Below, one piece after another: positions 53,501 through 62,500 of a stretch of 64,000 nt of DNA (position 1 is its first letter; every line of letters starts with the position of its first letter). A program made the position numbers and the translations under genes. The stretch covers positions 464 through 64,463 of the forward strand of contig CAYPRG010000001.1 of NCBI GenBank assembly GCA_964413025.1. The letters are read 5' to 3'. This DNA comes from an uncultured Planctomycetales bacterium (GTDB lineage: Bacteria > Omnitrophota > Gorgyraeia > Gygaellales > Profunditerraquicolaceae). The notes under the pieces were generated by a model. That model did no database searches, was not told the origin of the DNA, and worked only from the letters and a program-made list of their open reading frames with translations.

Positions 53501-56500
53501 GCGATTATAATGATTGTACTAATAACGATTATGCTAAGAATAATATTGTTAATAACTTCATCTTTTAAATTCTGAAATACCGTTACCCTGAGCCACTTCG
53601 CCACCAATATCATCAAAATGGCACTACCCATAACCTTACTAACTCCTTTATATAGTGAATATATTATTACCTTACGTATAATAGAAACTAATCTTGCAAC
53701 AAAAAAACCAACCAAAATCGGACCTATAACCAGAACTATAAATGACGCAATCCCCCAGAAAATCATCGAAAGGAAAGATATATCGTTACTTCCTTGCTCC
53801 AAGGGGCCGCTTTTGCCAGCGCAACCATTTAAGAACATCATTGAGCCTAAAAAAAGAAAAGCTAAAATAATTTTATTAGAATTGTCAGAAGCAAAGTTTT
53901 TAACTTCCGGGGATTTAATTACTGTGTTTTCGATGCCACGGATGTAGCCAAACTTATCTCCAGTCGTAATAAGCTTTACTTGTCTTACTCCTATTTGCCC
54001 GATCTCTACTTCGCGTAATCCTTTAATCTTCTCGTGTAGCTGTTTAAATTCTTCCGGAGTAATCTTGTTTACAATTCTTCCCAGGCTAATATGCACTAAT
54101 GGCGTATAGTGCTTATTATCTGAAAATTCTTTATATAATTTTTCTCTCAATTCAAATATCTTCTCGTCATCAACATGCCCCTGGACGAATATTGCTCCAT
54201 CAAAACCTAAATTTATGCCCTCGAATCTTATTTTGATTGGACCAACACTAGCCATAATCTTTTCTATTGTTTCGGCTATCTTCCCATTAACCTGGAACAT
54301 ATTATTGCAGTCGTTGATTAAGCTCGAAAACAAGCTGGTATGCAATAAATCACTAGGGATTAATTCTAATGCAGGGTAGACTTTCTGAATTTCTTTTCCG
54401 ATAAACGACAATTTATTAATTAATTTCTCACCTAAACCAGCACGATCTACACTTAGAGCTATTGATTGCAGTGCGGAATTTTGTAATGGCTTAGGTGTTT
54501 TGCCTTGTGCTACCATTTCGCCAGTCGCCTGCCAAATACTTCCATAAGCCTCTTCTAAACTGGTTTTATCTTTAATTAAAAGGGATTTTCTCGGTTTTTC
54601 ATCAGCTTCGTGGTTATTTTCTTTTTCAGCAATAACTGAAGAAGATTTGTCGGAAACGTTTGCTCTGGTTTGTCTTTTCCAAGAAGGAAGAGCAAAGCGG
54701 GTGATATCTTCTCCTATATATTCTCCGTGGCTACAATCGGATGGAGAAAATAGACAATCACTTACAGAATCATCCCATTCAAACCAATTACAGTCATGCG
54801 GAATCATTGGAGCAATTGGGTATTGACTTTCAGAAGCTTCTTTCTTATGCTTAGCTACTAACATTTTTTCAGTATCTTTGTCATAGGCAGGGCATTTATA
54901 TAGTTTACGACTTACTACTTCAACATTTTGTCCTACTAAAGCGATTTCATCCTTAAGTTCTTGCTCTAATTGTTCAATGGAATTCGAACGTTCAAGCATT
55001 TCGGGCAAGGCATTTCTTAATTCACTATCTTCCAATTTCTTACCTCTGGCTTCCTTAAACCATAGCGAAATAAGCCTAGCCACCCCTAAGGATTTTTCTA
55101 ATCTTTCTGGCGTAATATTGAACTTTATTACTATCTTTTTCAAATCTCTCAATAATTCTTCTCCATCATTCCTTCTCTCTAAAACACTTGCAAATTCTTC
55201 TAAACAGCAGATATTTGTTTCATATTCTATTAAATTCTTTGATATTCCAAGAGAAATGGGAACCCCGATTTTAAGAATAAAATCAGGGTTTATATCTTTG
55301 CCAATCAGCCTAACCCCCATATTTATCGTAATCTCAAGCCACTTAGATTCGCTTTTTGTTTCTAATAATTCGACTAAATCTACAATATACCCAAAATACA
55401 TTGATTTTTTTTCTAATTTATCTAGTAATAATTTAATGGAAGGATATTTTATCAAAACTAATCTTAATTTTATTTCCCTATTTTTTGAATGGTTCATTGA
55501 TAGGGTGTTTAAAAGGAATTGCAATAATTTTCTGTTCGAAAGTTCTGCCTCCGGAATTCCATACCTACACAGAGATAAAGCTATTTCTACCCTGACATCC
55601 AAATTCGGGCTCTCCGAAGCTTTAAGATAACCTCCCAATATTTGTTCTCTAGTTGCACCTAGTTTAGCTAACGACTCTGCAGCTTCCCACACTCCACAAC
55701 CTAGTGCTATAACGAGAGCCTCAATGGCTCTTTTATCATTAATTTCTCCCAAAAATTTTGCTGCATAATTACAAACATTTATATGAGGGTCGCGCAATTT
55801 TATCAAAAGCACACTAAACAACTGTTCTTTAGCTTCTAACGACGTCAGTGCTTCAAAACAGCTTCTTGCTACTTCGTAACACTGAGTTTCATTTAACGCA
55901 GAAAGTAGCTCCGGGATAGCTCGCTTATCTTTCGAGCGTCCCAAGAAAGTAACGGCCATACGAACAACTCTGTAATTACTATCATTTAGCGCCTCAATAT
56001 TTGAATCTACGCTGAAACCTGCAGGGTTAGAACATCCAACGCATTCCAATGTTTTACTAAAATTAATATAATTCACATAACCTAATTCTACTGTTTCATA
56101 AGAATGGGGTTTGGCTTCGTCATCTGACAATCCCCAATATTCTTTTTCATCAGCACTTATTATCGCATCCTTCCTAAACACCCTCCATTTATATCCTCCC
56201 CCTAAACATGACTGCACATATCTTACAACTCTATACTGGTCAGCTTTTTTGGTTTCTTTTAATGTTTTTTTCTCTATAACTATCTTATTAAAGATTTCAT
56301 TCAAGAACCTCCTAGTTGCGGATATTGGCATATCTTTATCCATACTTATGCTAAGAATTATCTTAGTAAATTCTAACATGGCGCTTATAGGAGCATCTTT
56401 ACTTGACCATATTAATTGCTTACCGTTTGAATTCATCCATTCAATCCATTTATGGGTTCCGATTTCTAAAATTTCTATATTCCTCTTGTAATATTCAACA

Positions 56501-59500
56501 TCACCTTTTGCGTATTGCCACGCAAGGGGAAGCCCTTCCTGGAGACAATTGCAAATCGGAAAACCTGAATTTGATAGCTTTACCCCTAATTGTAAACCGA
56601 AAATAAATGCTTCCTTTTGTTTAACGTCCTCTAGGTCAAAACTTTTCAGTAAAGAAGGAATTAATACTTTTGCGCTAAATTCCAACGGCAGATTATTCTT
56701 TTTTAGAGAAGATAAATATTCATTGATTACTTCACGAGCCGCGAGTTTCCTTATATGATATTTCCTTTCTAACCTCCCTATATACCAGCTTATTGGAAAT
56801 ACATACCGCCAGATAATAAGGAATAGACCAATACCAACCGGGATTGCTATAGAGGTAACAAGCGAAAATCCTAAAATAGAAGCCTTAGCCATTGAGAAAG
56901 CAGAAGTCGTTACATCTAAAGTATTACCATTTGTGCCACATCCACTCAATCCCACCAGCGCACCAAGAGAAACAAATAATATAATTGACCAGCATGGACC
57001 CCAATAATCCTGACGGTCACTGCGCCCTTCGCCAGGATAAGTTAAATCTTCCGGTTTCGCAAACTCGCTATCATTGAGATGAGAATTGAGTCTTCTTTTC
57101 TCCAGCATTTCTTGAATGGCGTAATATAATAATTGCCCGAAAAATATAAGAACAGAAACTAACAAGGCCCAGCCGGCTATAGCGTTACTATAATTATTTA
57201 ACCAAGATAATATCGAAGTAGTTTCATTCGAGTATCCAGTCTTTGCACATCCTACTAACCCCATTAACGCGCCTGTAAATAACAGGAATAAAAAAATCCT
57301 GCTAGAAGATTTAATACCACCGGAATCAGACTGCCGTAGATAATATATGTATCTCCAACCGAGACTTCCATCCTCGTATGGCCTTGGTAATTGAGAGCGC
57401 TCTATATGAGCTATTGCAGGTATATTGCCTTTCAAACTGTCATAAAAGTTTACAGCGGGATTATTTTGTTTTACATCTAAGACTATTTTGTCAGTATTTG
57501 AGTTTAAAACATATCTGATTAGTGCTTTCGCCAGTTCTGTGGCAATGCCTTCCCGGCGATGGCTTGGCGATACGGCCATCTGGTTGATGTAAATCGGGCA
57601 TCCTTCTTCAGGTCCAAAAATTAAATATCCAGTGATTTCTTTGCCATCGTAGTACACTAAGGTAGAATGGCCGGCTGCTTTGATTTTGTTGGAAACTAAG
57701 GATGGCGTGACGAAAGGCTTATCAGAAGTTTCCGCTATTGCATTGTTGAGCATTGAAATCTGATTTAACACATAGTTATTGATTTGCGTATTATCAAGCA
57801 AGAAGATAGATTCACTAATCTGCCTACCTTCAAATTTCTTTTCCTCCTCGTCCTCTCTCCTTTCAGTTTCTTGAGCAGGAATTACTGAAGCAGTTTCTGC
57901 GGAGACAGGCTTCTGAGCCTGTTGTTCCGGAAGTTTTATCTGGAAGGCAATTACTTTGCCATTTAGATTTGTATAAGCAAGCTGAACAAAAACGCAGTTA
58001 TTAAGAGAGATACTATTAGGGTTAATTTCTAAATGAATACTGGCAAATCTAATAGAAATGATATCTTTTTCTTTGAGAGGAATTAAATTGCCTTGTTTAT
58101 CCTGAATTTTAATTGTAATCTTGCCTGTCTTAATCCAATCCTTGAGGATATTTTCTGCGGTTTGAAGATTTTGCTTTACTATTCCGGGGAGTTCTGTATC
58201 TACAACCAACTCTATGGATGTATCTTTTTGCTCGACTTTAAGCGGAGGAGCCTGGGCATCACGTAAAGCCGCATCAAGGATTTCATTCAATTTTGATTCT
58301 ATCTCTGCTTCTATCTGAACAACGGGCTGATTGATTGTCTTTGAAGAATTTCTTTTAACGCGTAGTTTAATTTTTAAATTATCAAAACGAGGGCGACCAT
58401 CTTTTTGAACAGAATATTTACCATCTTCAATTATAACCTCAATATTATCCTGAATGCCGTTTGAACGCACATCTTTTGACTCTATTCTTTCGCCATTTTT
58501 GTCAAAATAACGGTTAAGAATATCATTCAGGTTGACCGGCTCGGAAACCAAATTGTTAATTTTAATATCTCCCATGAATACAGGGCCGTGGGAATTCCTA
58601 GTGAATAACACTTCTTTTGCGCCTTTAATGACTAACGACTTAAGGTTCATTATGGAAAACTTCCCAAATGCCTTCTGGCAATTGGTTAAATCATCGTAGT
58701 AAGGAATACCTCTAAACTCAATATAAGGAGGATATTTTGAAGAATCAATGTTTTCCAGCATCCAAGTTTCTTGGTTAACCCTGTAGAAGTCGCTGTCTGC
58801 CTGCAGTAAATAATCGAAAATCAATTTAATAGGAGTAAAGAACTTGGTGCGATCGGCAGGCGCATCAAGATTGACGAGACGTAACAATTTGTCTACTCCG
58901 TAGCGCTTGAGGATTTCTTTTGCCTTGTCATTCTTTTCGCAGAAATTATGCAAGTTAATAAAGCAGGAGCCGATAGGGCCTTCAATCTGAATATATTTCT
59001 CGCCGTCAGGCCCTGGCTTAAGGCCGGATATTAAATCTGAAGCATATATCTCTTGTAAATTTGCTAACTCCCCTCCAAAAACCTCTTTAACTATATCTTT
59101 TAAAATCTTACCTATGAGATCTTGATCCAAGAGAGCAATATTGGTATTAAAGTATTGTTTCCCTGCCTGGCCATAGCCTTCTTTGATGCTATTCTTTTCA
59201 AAAATGTCAGTCTGATTGTTAATTACGGCTGCGGCGCGCTCCTGCATACCTAAATACTCATAAACAATAGTGCCGTCAGGAAGGATTTTAATCTTATAAC
59301 CAAATTGCCCGCCTTTTATATCGGCTGGGATTTTGGTAGAAGTTATCATAATAATAGGAACATTATTCTTAATCATCCATTCTATGGTGTAATCGTCGGG
59401 AAAGTTATTAGTTCCGTCTCCGTTAAAGAAGGCGCGGATTGTCTTAAGATTGTTATCGAACTCTTTCCCGTCTTCTCTCTTTAGAAAAATATTCACCATT

Positions 59501-62500
59501 TCAGTTAAAAGCTTAGAGCCCCATTCGCCGTGACTTAAGTTTCCCTCTCTTTTTTTAGTAGGAATTCTTGTTTCCGGGTCAACAGAAGGATAAGGTTTAA
59601 CTATATACCAGTTCTTAATTATTCCCAATTCTTCCATAACTTTTTCATAAGTGCGTGCCGCCTCGCTGCGCTTACCCAACAGCCTATCCCGTACATCTTC
59701 AAAATATTCTGTTTCAAATAAATTGTCGTAAGTAGGTTTAGAAGCAGTGTCGCCTACACTGACTATCGGGTCAAAAGATATTATGCCTTTAAATCCTTTT
59801 GCTCTCTTGCCCCTTGTTTCTTTTATAAGACGCAATAATTTAATTTCTGCGATAGGAAGTATTTTATATCTTTCATTCTCCGGGACAGTTTCTCCTAAAT
59901 CAATCTTGAAATAAAGGTCCCCGCCCTTAGAACGCAATTCAGTCCTTCTAAATATCTGCCAAACCATCTTTTTTCTGCGCAGGCTTGTGCCTAATCCTGC
60001 GTCTAAACAGAGAAGGTGGATATTATATTCAGGAATACCTGTAACTTTGGAGATTTCTCTTCTGTATTCATCGATTTCTTTTACCAAATCCTGATAATTA
60101 ATAACGCCAAATAACTCCTTTCTCTTTTCGTCACTAAACATTTCTGAAGCAGAAAATAAAAAGTTCTTATTTATTATTAAAGCGGGCAGGTTAGGAAGAG
60201 GTCTGAGGTATTTCATAAACAAGGCCCGGAAACAGGCCTTGCTTGATTCATCCAGCTTTTCACTGCCCGTCCCCTCAATCATCAAAGCCTCTTCGATCTC
60301 TTCCGGGCTTGGCCTTTTTGCAATAGTAACTTTGGCATTCTTCAAGCATAGCTGCTCCCTTTCGTCTTCATAGAATTCCCCGTTTTCAACTGGGCGGGCC
60401 ATTTCTTCAGGTAAAGGCCTAGAGAAATAAAACTTCTCTCTGGTTCTATTTTCTATTGTAACACTACCCTCTACTATGCCCTTAAGTTCAACCGCGTTAC
60501 CGATAAATCTCAAAAAAGACTTATCAGTTATGTCTGTCCTCCTGGATATCCCACCGACAGTTAACTCCACGGATTTGCAATTTTCCGGCTTTAATCCCCC
60601 GACCGGGAATTTATCGGATTTAATTTTAGCCGGGTCGATTTCAAGATGAATAGTGTCGAATTCAATGGCAACCTGATCCTTGGGAACATCTATCCAGGCT
60701 CCTTTGCTATCCTGCAGGCGAATCTTAATCATTTCATCATCCAGCTCTTCCGCCGGATTAATGTATTCCGGCATTCCATTCATTATGGCATTGAATAAAA
60801 TCTTGGTTACTACCGGTTCTTTTACTTCTTCATTTCCTAACTGACGCTTAAAAGTGCTTACCTTTAGCTTAAGCTTAGCCTGATCAGAGATCTTAATTAC
60901 TTTAGGAGAAGCTTTTCCTCTGGTAAACTCTACGGCTTCATACTTCCTGTCCCCGGGCACTTTCTGAGGAATAGCCTTAATTTCCATATTCATATTAGGA
61001 TAAGCAACAGAGACAGCTTCAGAAGCAAATGGCACATCTACCCAATTTTCATTATCGCCATCTTTGACTAAAATTCTGAACCGGACACTCTTATCGCGTT
61101 TGATTATTTTTTGAATATTATCTTTCTGCCTGAAATCTTCCTTAATAATCACATCTATTGTGCCATCTTGATATTTAAATTTCATTTTTGACTGGACAGG
61201 AGTAACCGGCTCAAGGTCATTTATAATATCGTAAATAGCTCTCCGCTTCATATCTTTAAACCAATAAAGTAAACTTACTGCCAAGTGTACTTTCCAAGGC
61301 AGGACTGTATAAACTTCATCTGTTACCACTTCATCAAAAGCATCGCCCTTTTTCCTTGCTGATTCTAGCTTACTCACTACTACAGGATGTACGAGAAGAT
61401 TCTTTAAATCATACCCGAATAGTTTAATCAAAAGCCAATATGTAAACGGCCTTAAGATAAACATAAGCGTAATGGCCAACAGAGGAACTGATTCTTTAAG
61501 GCCTTTCCATAAATCTATACCTTTTAAATTCCCTTTGCGGTCCCGGAATAAACCATAGGCACGCATACCGCTTAAGAACGAAAGAGATGCTAAAAGATAT
61601 AATATAATGGCTGCGGCACCTAATTTCGTCAGGAAGAAAAGCCCGACTAAGAACCCAAATATAGCCGCCATAGAAGCGATACCATTAAATGGCATACCTT
61701 TAGAAAAACCTACAGAATACACCATCATAGTATTCGCATAATAGTTAGGCCTATTAAACCCTCCGATTACAGTTTTCTTAATCGTTGAAATAAAAGCGAA
61801 TATGGAATTAGAGGCATACATAATACCCTTAAAGAACAGTGCCAATAGAGGAACATAGAATGGGAAGGCTATAATAATATCCCTCAAAGTCAGAACAGAA
61901 GCTCCCCAGAAACTGGCAGATTGCCTCCAATGTCTTATAAAGTTATTGGCATTGATTGCTTCCATGAAGAAGAAGCTTATGGCGATAAAGAATACTGCTG
62001 GAGTCAAGAAAGCAAACGAGCTAAACGGAGAGAGTAACGGCAACACCGCTAAGAGAACAAGAGCAAATGCTGATATGAAATAATGAAACCATAAGAATAA
62101 ATGTGACAATTTCTTATCAACGGGTAAATCCTTGTTAAAGAATAGCGCAAATTGGTTTCTATCCATCATGAACCGGGTTACATTATAAGCGTAGCGCAAC
62201 TCTGTATTCGCCAGAGAGGAATCTAACAAGGTCGGACGGCCCCAATCCATCATGAACCAGTCTATCTGGGTAGATTCCATCAACGGCTGCTTGTTTTGTA
62301 TGACTAAGAATGAACCGGAATCTTCTCCGGGAGGGGTAAAGAGTATCGCCGCGACTTCCGGACGGCAGCATCCTTTACCGTAAAAGGTCAAGGCACCTCT
62401 ACGCGCTCTCTGCGTATCTCCTGTCCAGGTTTCCTGGGCGATAGCATAGATTTCTGGCACAGGGAACGCCCAATCTCCAGGGAAGAATGAATTCGCATTA

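Noticed and set aside
54977-55630. Longest reported ORF (+ strand, 217 aa) and other + strand ORFs of 100-190 aa (for example 24968-25531, 43916-44446, 25868-26320).
   Set aside because: All are antisense to the continuously open minus-strand frame, which carries unmistakable enzyme motifs. Their translations are low-complexity (S/L/F/I-rich) with no recognisable motifs. This is typical antisense ORF noise in AT-rich coding DNA.
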